DNA of 64,000 bases from Rhodothermales bacterium (GCA_029249345.1 JAQWHM010000011.1:25916-89915); one strand, 5' to 3'. Numbered from the stretch's first letter, positions 48,579-59,137 are shown. Numbers and translations: made by a program. The notes: generated from the sequence alone by a model not told the origin.

Positions 48579-51239
48579 TTAACGCGCAGTCGAATCAACG
48601 ACCTCCCTCACGACGCTATTGAAGTTGGTGATCACTTCTAGGCGATTGGTAAAAAACTCCTTATTGACGGCCTCTTGTAAAAGGACGTCCCCTCGACTTA
48701 GCACCCGATATTCAAGTCCAGAAATGTTTACGTAAGGTCCCTCAAACAGATAACGAGGCGTTCCAAAAACGGGAGGATCGGTTTCATATGACACGCTGAA
48801 CCAGGCCCCTTTCCCTCTAAAAATCAACTCGTTCGTGTCTTCCCTCCACTCAGGTTCTTCGCCAATTCCAGAAGAAACATTCCAGCGCTGTTTGGTTGGG
48901 GGAAAGGGTTCAACAAACACTTCTGACCCTTGGCCGGCAATATGGGTGTAGGCGATCAAAGAATCATCGGGGGAAAACTTCCCACTCCATGCGCGTCCCT
49001 CTAGTTCAATAATAGTTGTACTCGTGGAGTCCATCGTGTCCAACACTCCTAGTCGACTAAAAGAACCTATAGTTTGCGAGTAGATCAGAAATCGATTGTC
49101 GCTTGACCAATCCGAGGGAGTTAGATTTCCTTGACCTGTTAATAAAACCTCTGAACCCCTGGATGAGTTCACCTCACGGGTCATTACAGAGCTACTGTCA
49201 CCTTCGGTATGTGAATAAGTGATGGCCGTCCCACCCTCATTCCAAATTGCGCCATAAATATTCGATTCTTGCAGAAAAGGAGTAGCAGTCTGACGTTCTA
49301 GATCATACACCATGAGCCGATCGGTTCCATCCAGATAATGGACGGCTATTTTACTTCCGTCTCTGGTTGCGTCCATGTGACCGTGCGATTGCGCTTCAAA
49401 AGGTAACGTCTGTATTTCACCGTTTGGAGACCGTACAACCAGCCGAGTAAGGCCTGCCTGTTTTCCGAGGGCGTACATGAGCGTTCCATCGTCTGAAACA
49501 GCAAAGTGAGCTCGCTGCCCAATAGAACTGGTTCTCACATCTGATAAAACTACTTTACCGAGATCAACTTCATCGGTTTGCTCTATAAACGCGATCCCTC
49601 CTGCAATTAGGGATCCTGTACCAACGGATACCATGTATTTTGAGTCAACTACAATGGAATTGACTCCAATATGCTTCGTTTGATTTGTCTCTCCGTTCGC
49701 CGATATGTGGAAGGCACCATTAATTCCAGAAACCAACACATCGCCGTACTCAATCCCTTGAGATATATTATAGCACCGACATATATCGGCTGCAATAATT
49801 TTGGAGTCCAGATTGCCCGACGGTGTGATGCGCTGAACGACAAGTCCTTGTTGATTGGACCAATAGATCCAGTTGTCATCTGACCAATACAGACCCATGG
49901 CATCTGATGTCGAAGTCAGTGGGATGGGTCTTCCGGATTCAAAGCCCACAGTGTAAATGGTTTCATTTGCCAGATAAGCGATACTACTACCATCCGGAGA
50001 GAATACCGGGTAATAGGCGTTAAATGTACTTGGAAGAACCTTGAACTCTTTCGATCCCATCTCATGCGAAACCAAAACGGACGTCCCAGCCGAATCGGCA
50101 ACGTAGACCATTTTTTCGCCGTCTCGTGAAAGAGCAAAAGCAGGGACTTCTAGTCCCAAGCCGTCTCCGCCAAAATATGAGAGTTGCAGGTCCTCGGGAA
50201 GCTCGAGCGAAAGCCGCATGTTCGTGCCGGCTGGCGGCACAGGAGTCGTGTTTCCTATCAGCATCCAGATCACCAGCGCTCCCAATAGCGATCCTGCAAT
50301 CCCCGTTCCTATCAGCAGGTAGTTATTTTTTGTAGTCCTCACTGCCCCAGGTACCGCTCTGCGAACGGATTGGGTAGACAGGGTCGAAACCCGGGTTGTC
50401 GAGGCATCCTTCAAGGCTGAGAGATCGGCCATAAGATCCGATGCGCTTTGAAAACGATGCTTCCTGTCCTTGGAAAGCAATTTATTGACTACATACTCTA
50501 AGTCCATCGGGACCCCGCTACGCAGGGCGGTGAGGGGTTCAGGATCTTCATTGAGGATGCTGTACACGGCAGCCTGCTCATATTCAGCCGTGAAGGGAAG
50601 TTTCCCAGCGATCATCTCATAAATGACAATTCCGAGAGACCATAGATCAGATCTTGCGTCCACTTCTTCGCCGCGAGCTTGCTCCGGGCTCATATAGGCT
50701 ACCGTACCCATCGTCGAACCCATTCGGGTCAGCATAGTAGAGTGCGCCGTCTTGGCTAGTCCAAAGTCCAATACCTTGGCCTCGCCTTTACCCGTGAGCA
50801 TTACGTTGGCCGATTTGATATCTCGGTGCACAATGTCTTTATCGTGAGCAGCTTCCAGCGCACTAGCAATTTGGCCTGCCAGTTTAATCACTTCATCCAA
50901 CTTGAGCGGCGCACGCTTTATATGCTCTTCAAGCGGCTGCCCATCGATGTATTCCATCGCGATGAACGGGCTGGGCTGCGTACCATGAGGGGCGTCACTC
51001 GGAACGGCTTCATCAATCTGGTGAATCGCCGCAATGTTGGGGTGATTGAGTGCCGCCGCGGCTTTGGCCTCTCGGTAAAAACGCGCGCGGTCCTCTTGGC
51101 TAGCCAAGGCAGCCGACGGCAAAACCTTGATAGCAACGTCCCGATCCAACTTGGTATCTCGCGCCTTGTAGACAATGCCCATACCGCCGCGACCAAGCTC
51201 GGCGGTGATTTCGTAATGGGATAAAGTAGTGCCGATCAT
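48579..51239 (-). CDS. Hanks-type Ser/Thr kinase with TM helix and TolB-like beta-propeller
   Basis: GRGGMGIVY, VAIK, HRDIKSAN, DFGLAK, YMSPEQ; PD40-like repeats (PVFSPDG, FSPDD). Confidence 0.93.
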   Translation of the reverse strand: MIGTTLSHYEITAELGRGGMGIVYKARDTKLDRDVAIKVLPSAALASQEDRARFYREAKAAAALNHPNIAAIHQIDEAVPSDAPHGTQPSPFIAMEYIDGQPLEEHIKRAPLKLDEVIKLAGQIASALEAAHDKDIVHRDIKSANVMLTGKGEAKVLDFGLAKTAHSTMLTRMGSTMGTVAYMSPEQARGEEVDARSDLWSLGIVIYEMIAGKLPFTAEYEQAAVYSILNEDPEPLTALRSGVPMDLEYVVNKLLSKDRKHRFQSASDLMADLSALKDASTTRVSTLSTQSVRRAVPGAVRTTKNNYLLIGTGIAGSLLGALVIWMLIGNTTPVPPAGTNMRLSLELPEDLQLSYFGGDGLGLEVPAFALSRDGEKMVYVADSAGTSVLVSHEMGSKEFKVLPSTFNAYYPVFSPDGSSIAYLANETIYTVGFESGRPIPLTSTSDAMGLYWSDDNWIYWSNQQGLVVQRITPSGNLDSKIIAADICRCYNISQGIEYGDVLVSGINGAFHISANGETNQTKHIGVNSIVVDSKYMVSVGTGSLIAGGIAFIEQTDEVDLGKVVLSDVRTSSIGQRAHFAVSDDGTLMYALGKQAGLTRLVVRSPNGEIQTLPFEAQSHGHMDATRDGSKIAVHYLDGTDRLMVYDLERQTATPFLQESNIYGAIWNEGGTAITYSHTEGDSSSVMTREVNSSRGSEVLLTGQGNLTPSDWSSDNRFLIYSQTIGSFSRLGVLDTMDSTSTTIIELEGRAWSGKFSPDDSLIAYTHIAGQGSEVFVEPFPPTKQRWNVSSGIGEEPEWREDTNELIFRGKGAWFSVSYETDPPVFGTPRYLFEGPYVNISGLEYRVLSRGDVLLQEAVNKEFFTNRLEVITNFNSVVREVVDSTAR

Positions 51240-51405
51240 ACGAGTGTCCGAGTTAGATTCCTTAAGATTGACTGTTTATAGCTGAAAAGCAAAGTTTTGG
51301 GACGTTTGTAGGCGCTAAATTGTCTCATAGGCTATCTCAGCAATACGATCCTGAAAGCATTACGACACGTCGCTTCCCGGACTAACTGTTTTATACCCTC
51401 AAAAC

Positions 51406-51954
51406 ATGACCCATCAATACGTTCTATCAGCCACACGACAATGGGTCGAATCATTTGTGATCGGGCTGAATCTATGCCCGTTTGCAAAAAAAGAGTTGGT
51501 CCAAAACCGAATCCGATTTAGCATAACCGAAGCAACAACCGAAGTAGACCTTTTGGTCACCCTGAAAAAGGAGCTGGAAATACTAGAAGGGGATAAGGCA
51601 ATTGAAACGACGTTGCTGATTCATCCTGGTGCATTAGATGCCTTTACAGACTACAACCAATTCCTAGGCCGTGTGGATGAACTATTAGTCAGCCTCGAAC
51701 TCGAAGGGGTTTTCCAGGTGGCTAGTTTTCATCCTAATTATCAGTTTGCTGGCACTCATCCCGACGATCCTGAAAACTTTACAAATCGGTCACCTTATCC
51801 AACGCTACATATTATTCGCGAAGAGAGTTTGGAGCGAGCCATTGAGCAATACCCTGATGTCGGGCACATTCCAGAGCGCAACATCGAGCTCATGAATCAG
51901 ATGGGCGTGGAAAAGCTGAGCGCGATGCTCAAGAGCATGTATTTGGCCGAATAA
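51406..51954 (+). CDS. DUF1415 family protein
   Basis: VIGLNLCPFA, QVASFHP, NRSPYPTLHIIRE. Confidence 0.88.
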   Translation: MTHQYVLSATRQWVESFVIGLNLCPFAKKELVQNRIRFSITEATTEVDLLVTLKKELEILEGDKAIETTLLIHPGALDAFTDYNQFLGRVDELLVSLELEGVFQVASFHPNYQFAGTHPDDPENFTNRSPYPTLHIIREESLERAIEQYPDVGHIPERNIELMNQMGVEKLSAMLKSMYLAE

Positions 51955-51960
51955 TATGAT

Positions 51961-53505
51961 CTATGACGATAAAAACAGACGATAAGCTGGGTTGTCAGAC
52001 TCTGACCGGTACCGGAATCCGACTTTCTCTAAATATGATTCCAATCGTTTAGGATGGCCAGATGTACCCTGAATGCCTACCAATACATCTCCATAATCCG
52101 AGCCTGTAGCACGATAATGAAAGAGGCTGATATTCCATTTCGAAGGAATATTGGATAGGAAACTCATCAAAGCACCGGGACGCTCAGGAAACTCGAATCG
52201 ATACAACAGCTCATCTTCTGCATGTGCAGATTTCCCGCCCACCATGTGTCGGAGGTGCGTTTTCGCCATTTCATCTCCTGATAAATTAATGGTCTTGAGC
52301 CCTGCACTATTGAATTGGCTTTCAAGAGCCAATCCATCTTCAATTCCATGTGTATTAAGGCCCACAAGAATGTGTGCTTCCCGCTGGTCTGAAATGCGGT
52401 AATTAAATTCGGTCACGCTGTGATTGCCAATCAATTCGCACAGATCTCGGAATGCCCCTCGCTCTTCCTGAATAGTTATTGCAAACAAGGCTTCTTTGTG
52501 CCGCCCCACTTCGGCTCGCTCTGAGACATGTCGAAGACGGTTGAAATTCATATTTGCGCCGCAAGCGACAGAAACTAACGTCTTGCCCGTACAGCCCGTT
52601 TGCCGGGTCCACTTTTTGAGGCCAGCTAAAGAAAGCGCCCCAGCGGGTTCTAAAATACTTCGAGTGTCGATATAGACATCACTGATGGCAGCGCAGATTT
52701 CGTCCGAGCTCACCGTGATCATCTCGTCAACCACTTCCCGACACAAAGCTAGCGTTTGGCTACCCACCTGCTTAACGGCAGTACCATCTGAAAAAAGACT
52801 AACCTGTTCGAGCATCACCGCTTGATCTTGATTTAAGGACTGGGTCATCGCTGTTGACCCCTCAGCCTGCACGCCAATAAGTCGGATATCCGGACGGATA
52901 GACTTCACAAATGCACCGATGCCGGCAATTAATCCACCACCACCTACGGCAACGAAAATCGCATCAATGGTCTCCGGGTATTGGTCGAGGATTTCCTTTC
53001 CAATCGTACCCTGACCTGCCACCACCAATGGATCATCAAATGGATGAATAAACGTTTTTCCAGTTTGCTCTTCGATCTCACTGGCTCGGGCATGGGCATC
53101 ACTGTACGATTCGCCATGCACCTCAATTTTAACCCATTTCTTTCCGTAACCACGTACCGCATCAATCTTGACCTGAGGTGTTGTCACAGGCATCACTATG
53201 GTGGCGTGGCACCCAAGTTTTGCAGCAGCAAGGGCCACTCCTTGCGCATGATTTCCTGCTGATGATGCGATCACGCCTTGGCTAAGCTGCTCCCTGGAGA
53301 GGTGAGCCATCTTGTTGTAAGCACCCCGAACCTTAAAGGAAAAACTGATCTGCTGATCTTCTCTTTTGAGCAGAATGGTGTTTTGCAATCTGCCCTCAAG
53401 TTGTTGCAGTGCAAGTAGATCGGTTTTGTGAGCCAGCTCATAAACCCGGGAGGAGGTTATACGTTTTGCGTACTCAGACAACATAGATAGCGAGGATTGA
53501 GTCAA
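51961..53505 (-). CDS. ilvA: Biosynthetic threonine dehydratase (long form with two regulatory domains)
   Basis: SFKVRGAYN (PLP Lys), SAGNHAQGVA, GGGGL, EFNYR, FEFPERPGAL, DNPAYRLFL. Confidence 0.95.
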   Translation of the reverse strand: MTQSSLSMLSEYAKRITSSRVYELAHKTDLLALQQLEGRLQNTILLKREDQQISFSFKVRGAYNKMAHLSREQLSQGVIASSAGNHAQGVALAAAKLGCHATIVMPVTTPQVKIDAVRGYGKKWVKIEVHGESYSDAHARASEIEEQTGKTFIHPFDDPLVVAGQGTIGKEILDQYPETIDAIFVAVGGGGLIAGIGAFVKSIRPDIRLIGVQAEGSTAMTQSLNQDQAVMLEQVSLFSDGTAVKQVGSQTLALCREVVDEMITVSSDEICAAISDVYIDTRSILEPAGALSLAGLKKWTRQTGCTGKTLVSVACGANMNFNRLRHVSERAEVGRHKEALFAITIQEERGAFRDLCELIGNHSVTEFNYRISDQREAHILVGLNTHGIEDGLALESQFNSAGLKTINLSGDEMAKTHLRHMVGGKSAHAEDELLYRFEFPERPGALMSFLSNIPSKWNISLFHYRATGSDYGDVLVGIQGTSGHPKRLESYLEKVGFRYRSESDNPAYRLFLSS

Positions 53506-53547
53506 AAAAACGGCAGAATACGCGCTAGGCTCGATGCATTATCCAGC

Positions 53548-54159
53548 CTACATAATGTGACGTTTGTCACGAAGGAATTTGTACATCTGAGCACGGGCGC
53601 GAAAAATATGAGCTTTAACCGTGCCTAGGGGAAGGTCTAGCTCCATCGCAATCTCTTCGTACGATTTTTCCTGCTGGTGACGCATCACGATGACCCGATG
53701 ATATTTCCCGGGTAGCTGCTCGATAGCGGCTTGAATGAGTTCACGTCGCTGATCTTCCACAATATGACGGTCAGGACGATAAGTCGAGTCTGGTAACTCA
53801 TACTCGACTTCTCCATCTCTTGTATTGATGGGCTTATCAATCGACATCGTGTGGAGCTTCTTCTTGCGAAGAAAGTCAATCGTATGATTCGTGGCAATCT
53901 TATAGAGCCACGTTGAAAAGGCGTAGTCTGTGGAATAGGACTTGAGAGCGGAAAAGGCCTTGATAAAGCACTCTTGGACGAGATCATCAACCTCACCTTG
54001 GCGACGCACCATCTTCTGTACGTGGCGCGTAAGCGCGCCACGATACTTCTCCATCAACTCCTGATAGGCAAGTTGATCCCCCTCAAGGGCTCGACCAACA
54101 AGAACGCGGTCCTGCTGGCTCGATTGAGACGGCTTTTTGTCTTGACTGCCCTTGGGCAT
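53548..54159 (-). CDS. ECF RNA polymerase sigma factor (RpoE/SigW-like)
   Basis: DDLVQECFIKAF, FSTWLYKIATN, SYEEIA...LGTVKAHIFRAR. Confidence 0.93.
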   Translation of the reverse strand: MPKGSQDKKPSQSSQQDRVLVGRALEGDQLAYQELMEKYRGALTRHVQKMVRRQGEVDDLVQECFIKAFSALKSYSTDYAFSTWLYKIATNHTIDFLRKKKLHTMSIDKPINTRDGEVEYELPDSTYRPDRHIVEDQRRELIQAAIEQLPGKYHRVIVMRHQQEKSYEEIAMELDLPLGTVKAHIFRARAQMYKFLRDKRHIM

Positions 54160-54367
54160 CCGATGCGTGTTCTGATGAGTGATTCCGCTCTCAGGATCAA
54201 AATAGTAATCCTAGAACAAAGCGCCTCTTAGAATCTTTCCTGATGAAGGAATGATTCGTTCTGCATTCAAAACGGAAACCCGATATGTATGTTGCGTTTG
54301 GGTCCTAAATATGCACCAATTACCGTTTTTGAGCATATATTTTATATTCTCATTTTATAGAAGAAAT

Positions 54368-55166
54368 ATGAAAGTATACAACGAGAAAGAAATCGGCTCT
54401 ATTCTCACCCGAGCTACTAAGCTATCGCAAGACGATGCCAGTCGGGATTCTATGGGATTATCGCTCGAAGAGTTGGAGCAGCTAGGCCGGGAAGCGGGCA
54501 TCCCTCCAGATCTCATCCGAAAAAGCGGCAGCTGAAATGGGCGTCTCTCGCGCCCGTCGAAAAGAGAAAAACTGGTTCGGTGGTCCAGTCTCTTATTCGA
54601 ATGAACTGATTATAGATGGCGAAATATCCCCAGATGATTGGGAAGAGATGCTACTAGAACTCCGGAACACCTTTAAAGAACCGGGAGCAGTCACCACGAG
54701 AGAGAACACGTACGAATGGACTATCCAGAGCGCGGCCGTAAAGGCACAGGTAACTGCTCGAACGGATGAAGGTAAAACTAAAATTAACGTATTCTGGGCC
54801 GAACCAACGGCGCCGACTCCGTTTTACATTCCAACCATTATTGGCACCATCATCTCACTACCCATTTCATTTGAAGCGTTGGGATTAAGCGCCTTTCCGG
54901 GCTTATTCGTTGTTCTTGCAACGATGTTGACCATGGTGATGTTGGGACGTTTCGGAGTTTCATCGTACACAGAGCGAAAAGCACGCAATTTGGACCAAAT
55001 GATGACAGCCATCGAACTCATCGGTGTCAAAGGCCAGCGCCCTTCCACGTCACGATCGAAACCATTGACCGCAGAGAAGGCCGCTCCTAAACGTATACCA
55101 TTGGATGGAACGGAGGACGCGGAAGAAGCGGAGCGGAGTCCGATTAGAAACCAAAATCGGGCCTAA
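54368..55166 (+). pseudogene. Membrane protein gene split by one extra A in the A5 run at 54520-54524
   Basis: Removing one A gives ...PDLIRKAAAEMGVSRAR..., fusing ORFs 54368-54535 and 54537-55166 into a protein of about 265 aa with two TM helices. Confidence 0.75.
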
Positions 55167-55444
55167 AACGAGTAATAAGCGGCAATAAGTGTGCGCAGGT
55201 TGGTTATTGCATTATCATTCGCACCAAAGACTGGGGCGTAATGAGAGTCAAAGGATGAACCGTAGCTGACAGACGTTGCCTCGACCTCAAACGCAATCCT
55301 CAGGTTCTGAATCTCGGCACTGACCCGTGGTGCAATGCGCCACATCTGATCAATATTTCCAGCTCTTTCAAACGTACTTTCAATAGGGGCTGTAAGGGCG
55401 TCACTGGTTCCAAGATTTACGTGGAAACTACACCCTTGGATCAC
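55163..55444 (-). pseudogene. Probable C-terminal remnant of an outer-membrane beta-barrel (porin-like) gene
   Basis: Amphipathic beta-strands ending LRTLIAAYYSF; no signal peptide; in-frame TAA upstream at 55505-55507. Confidence 0.5.
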
Positions 55445-55474
55445 ACTAACCCCTTCTTTTGTAGCTCTGTTAGG

Positions 55475-55506
55475 GGGGATGGCGCAGCCATCCCCTCCCT
55501 TTTTTT
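55475..55506 (+). terminator. Intrinsic terminator
   Basis: GGGGATGGC-GCA-GCCATCCCC then TCCC and T7. Confidence 0.6.
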
Positions 55507-55601
55507 ATATCCTAGCCACAGTTTCAGCACGATAATGTGACGTTTTCGAGACATCTTCAGCACCATGCCTGCCGTCTAATGATCACAACTTAACCGAGTA
55601 C

Positions 55602-56078
55602 ATGATCATGAAATCTTTGAAACAACACCTTCTTCTTTCTGCCTTGTTGCTCCTCTTTTCGGGAGCGGCATCGGCACAAACGACAACCCAAGAACGTGCA
55701 GAGGAGCCTGAAATGGCAGCCGATACGAGAGAGCGCCCCATGAGGCATAGCATAGAACAACGACGGGGGGAGCACCTGCAACGCTTAGAGCGTGGACGAC
55801 GTCCGACTGTCAGGCAACGTCCCACTCTCAGGCAACGGCGAGTAAAAGCGCATCGCCCGGGAATTAAAGCGGCTCAGAACCCGAGAATCGCAAAAAAAAC
55901 AGCACAACGCGTCGTCAAGATGCGAAAAATGCAGTTTCGCACGCAGAAATTAAAAGCTCAGACGGCCAAACTCGAGCTTCGAACGGCTAAAGTGAGATCA
56001 CGGAATATGAAACACCTACGAGCTCATCAGGCTGCCCGATCCACGTGTGCTTCCAAAACACCGGAATCAGTGCAGTAA
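55602..56078 (+). CDS. Exported Arg/Lys-rich low-complexity protein
   Basis: Clear signal peptide (AASA-Q), followed by a terminator. Confidence 0.7.
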   Translation: MIMKSLKQHLLLSALLLLFSGAASAQTTTQERAEEPEMAADTRERPMRHSIEQRRGEHLQRLERGRRPTVRQRPTLRQRRVKAHRPGIKAAQNPRIAKKTAQRVVKMRKMQFRTQKLKAQTAKLELRTAKVRSRNMKHLRAHQAARSTCASKTPESVQ

Positions 56079-56135
56079 ACTGTGGTTTAGACGCTGTAAC
56101 CTTGGTAGGTAAGGGCAAAAATATGAGTTTAACGC

Positions 56136-56171
56136 AAGCGGGGCGGTGGACAAAAGTCCACCGCCCCGCTT
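56136..56171. terminator. Bidirectional terminator between the exported protein and glnA
   Basis: 16-bp perfect stem AAGCGGGGCGGTGGAC-AAAA-GTCCACCGCCCCGCTT. Confidence 0.8.
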
Positions 56172-56202
56172 TACGATCTTGCGTAGAGAACAAGAAGTCG
56201 CC

Positions 56203-58386
56203 CTATTTCACGAACAGGATATCGCGATACGTTGGTAGGGGCCAAAGATCTCCGGCCGTGATTCGCTCGAGACGGTCTGTTGCATGTCTGACCTTCATCA
56301 TGGCAGGAATCACATTGTCTAGCATGTGATGTGCTTTTTCGTGGACCGAATCGCCACCAAGCTCCTTATTCTGATCGATTAGTTCGCCAAGCGCAACCTG
56401 AAGCTCATCTACATAAGCTGCAGCGTGGTCAGCTACGAGCTTCACACCTTTGGTTGAAACCCCTGCCTTCTTGCCTTTCTGGATGGTGTCCACCAAGCTA
56501 TCAAGATATCGGGTGGCTGCCGGCATGACCATCGTGCGGGCCATGTGCTCAGTCGTTTCCGCTTCAATGTTGATACTCAGAAAGTACTGTTCAACCCAGA
56601 TGTCCTCGCGACTGCGAAGCTCTGCTTCCGAGAGCACTCCATAGGTCTCAAAAAGCTTGATATTCTTTTCAGAAACCAGCGTCTCGAGCGCATCGACCGT
56701 GGTTTTCAGATTCAACAGACCACGACGCTCAGCTTCTTCGTGCCATTCGTCCGTGTAGTTATCACCACCAAATAGGATATCCTTTGATTCGTGCACGGTT
56801 TCGCGGACAACCGCAGCAACCGCCATTTCCAGATCGGCACCATCAGCCAATTTCGATTCCAAGATGTCTGACATCTCGTCGAGAGCCTCGGCGGCTATCG
56901 TGTTCAACACCACATTGGCGAACGATACACTCTGACTAGATCCGACAGCACGGAATTCAAATTTATTACCCGTGAAAGCAAAAGGCGAAGTTCGATTTCT
57001 GTCACCCGCATGACGCGGAAGATCGGGAAGAACCGGCGTTCCTAATCCCAAAAGCCCGCCTTGTTTACTTTTTGTTGCCGCTCCCGACTCAATCTGATTG
57101 AACACATCTTCTAACTGCTCACCCAGAAAAATGGAAATGATAGCCGGAGGAGCCTCATTGGCACCAAGTCGATGATCATTGGCAGCAGATGCTACAGAGA
57201 CACGCAGCAGGTCTTGGTGGCGGTACACCGCTTTGATTACCGCAGCACAGAAGAACAAAAATTGCAGATTGTCATGCGGGTTGTCTCCAGGCTCAAGCAA
57301 ATTAAGTCCGGTGTCCGTACCCAGTGACCAGTTGTTGTGCTTTCCGCTTCCGTTAACACCTTTGAACGGCTTTTCATGAAGCAAACACACCATTCCGTAG
57401 TTACGAGCAATACGCTGCAACGTAATCATGATCAACTGCTGATGATCGCACGCAATGTTAGTATTCTCATATAGAGGAGCCAGCTCATACTGGCTCGGAG
57501 CGACCTCATTGTGGCGTGTCTTAACCGGAATACCAAGGCGATAAAGTTCTTTTTCTGTTTCGAGCATGCAGCTCAACACACGATCCGGGATAGAACCGAA
57601 GTAATGGTCATCCAATTCCTGCCCACGTGGCGGCTTCGCGCCTACGAGTGTACGTCCCGTAATCATGAGATCTGGACGACGGAAGTAATATTGTTCATCG
57701 ATCAAAAAATACTCTTGCTCCACACCCACTGTCGAAGCCACTTTGGTTATTCCCTGATGACCAAATAGCTCAAGGGCACGAAGAGCCTGCTTGTTGATCG
57801 CCTCCATAGAGCGCAGTAACGGCGTTTTGGCATCTAGTGCTTCTCCACTCCAAGAAGCAAAGGCCGTCGGGATTGCCAAGTAGGAGCCGTTCGCATTCTC
57901 AACAATGAAGGCTGGAGATGTTGGGTCCCAAATCGTATATCCACGAGCTTCAAAAGTCGCGCGAAGACCTCCACTTGGAAAACTGGAAGCATCGGGCTCG
58001 CCTTGAATCAACTCCTTACCTGAAAAGCGAGCAATCGCTCCGCCACCCTTATTAGGAGTGATGAACGAATCATGCTTTTCAGCGGTAGATCCGGTCAGGG
58101 GCTGAAACCAGTGAGTGAAATGCGTAGCACCGCGCTCCACAGCCCACTCCTTCATGGCCAAAGCCACGACGTCCGCAATGGTAGGATCTAACGTGTGCCC
58201 TTTATCTATAGTGGCTCGCAAGCTTTTGTAGATCTCCTTTGGAAGACGGTTTTCCATCTCTTCCATTCCGAAAGCATTCTCTCCGAAAATGCGCTCGATA
58301 TCCATTGGACCGGCTTTTTTGCCGCTTCCATTTGGGGAAAATTTAGTAGCTGCTACCAGATTGTAGTCTGACTCGTGGCGACTCAT
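56203..58386 (-). CDS. glnA: Glutamine synthetase type III
   Basis: [72 protein letters not shown]. Confidence 0.96.
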   Translation of the reverse strand: MSRHESDYNLVAATKFSPNGSGKKAGPMDIERIFGENAFGMEEMENRLPKEIYKSLRATIDKGHTLDPTIADVVALAMKEWAVERGATHFTHWFQPLTGSTAEKHDSFITPNKGGGAIARFSGKELIQGEPDASSFPSGGLRATFEARGYTIWDPTSPAFIVENANGSYLAIPTAFASWSGEALDAKTPLLRSMEAINKQALRALELFGHQGITKVASTVGVEQEYFLIDEQYYFRRPDLMITGRTLVGAKPPRGQELDDHYFGSIPDRVLSCMLETEKELYRLGIPVKTRHNEVAPSQYELAPLYENTNIACDHQQLIMITLQRIARNYGMVCLLHEKPFKGVNGSGKHNNWSLGTDTGLNLLEPGDNPHDNLQFLFFCAAVIKAVYRHQDLLRVSVASAANDHRLGANEAPPAIISIFLGEQLEDVFNQIESGAATKSKQGGLLGLGTPVLPDLPRHAGDRNRTSPFAFTGNKFEFRAVGSSQSVSFANVVLNTIAAEALDEMSDILESKLADGADLEMAVAAVVRETVHESKDILFGGDNYTDEWHEEAERRGLLNLKTTVDALETLVSEKNIKLFETYGVLSEAELRSREDIWVEQYFLSINIEAETTEHMARTMVMPAATRYLDSLVDTIQKGKKAGVSTKGVKLVADHAAAYVDELQVALGELIDQNKELGGDSVHEKAHHMLDNVIPAMMKVRHATDRLERITAGDLWPLPTYRDILFVK

Positions 58387-58426
58387 TGGTGTATATGAGG
58401 TGTTGGTGTGGTGTACTTATTTACGT

Positions 58427-58906
58427 TCAGTCGGTCGATTCCAAAATCATGGGTTGAACCGGAACGCTTCGAGTGTCTTTGTAGCTGGATAAAACGATTG
58501 AAGTTGATGTGCCATGTACGCCCGGCCATCCCTGAATAGTCGAAAGCATTTTTTCGAGCCCGGAAGTATTACTGATCAGGACCCGGAGAATATGTGAACC
58601 TTCTCCCGTGATCGAGTGCACTTCCTGAACCTGCTCCATCTGGCTGGCGCGTTTCACAAACGTGTCGTAATGCTTCGAACCGTCGACCATTACGCGAATA
58701 AATGCCGAGATGTCATATCCCGTTATCCGGGGATTGACCACAGCATGATATCCGTCAATAACGCCGCGTTCTTGAAGCTTCTTCATCCTTTCGCTGACTG
58801 AGGGCACAGACAGTCCCACATCTTCAGCGATTTCATTTCTCTTTATGCGGCCTCTTTCCTGCAGAAGCTGCAGAATGCGCACATCAATGTCATCAATTCG
58901 ATTCAT
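58427..58906 (-). CDS. Lrp/AsnC family transcriptional regulator
   Basis: DDIDVRILQLLQERGR...VGLSVPSVSERMKKL, VHSITGEGSHIL; ends 40 bp before glnA. Confidence 0.93.
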   Translation of the reverse strand: MNRIDDIDVRILQLLQERGRIKRNEIAEDVGLSVPSVSERMKKLQERGVIDGYHAVVNPRITGYDISAFIRVMVDGSKHYDTFVKRASQMEQVQEVHSITGEGSHILRVLISNTSGLEKMLSTIQGWPGVHGTSTSIVLSSYKDTRSVPVQPMILESTD

Positions 58907-58973
58907 CCCTGCCTTAAATAATTTAGGTGATAATATAAGTTTGCCTTTTTTATCGATCAAGATTTATTAAAAA

Positions 58974-58988
58974 TGAATTATTAATTCA
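58974..58988. promoter_or_regulatory. Putative Lrp-type operator
   Basis: AT-rich inverted repeat TGAATTA-T-TAATTCA upstream of the lrp-glnA operon. Confidence 0.45.
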
Positions 58989-59137
58989 AGTACTCTATCA
59001 TATCGGTACCCAAGGCGCAACCCGCAACCCCGTGTGCTGCATAGCTATCCGACCAGCCTGAACCAAGTACTTACCAGCCCCATTGGGGCGATCAATGATG
59101 CCTAAGAGAGATTTCGCATCAGATTCTCTGTATCCCT

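Noticed and set aside
54274-54298. ECF promoter GGAAAC-N15-CGTT upstream of the split gene
   Set aside because: The spacer is shorter than the usual 16-17 bp and I found no matching second example upstream of pspA or floA
54520-54524. Classical -1 programmed frameshift site
   Set aside because: The run is A5 (not A-AAA-AAG), the required shift is +1, and I saw no downstream stimulatory hairpin
58990-59135. Riboswitch or ncRNA between lrp and the tRNA
   Set aside because: Only short stems (GCCCC-ATT-GGGGC) and a CGCAACCC duplication; no conserved core of glnA, SAM, TPP, cobalamin or glycine riboswitches recognised
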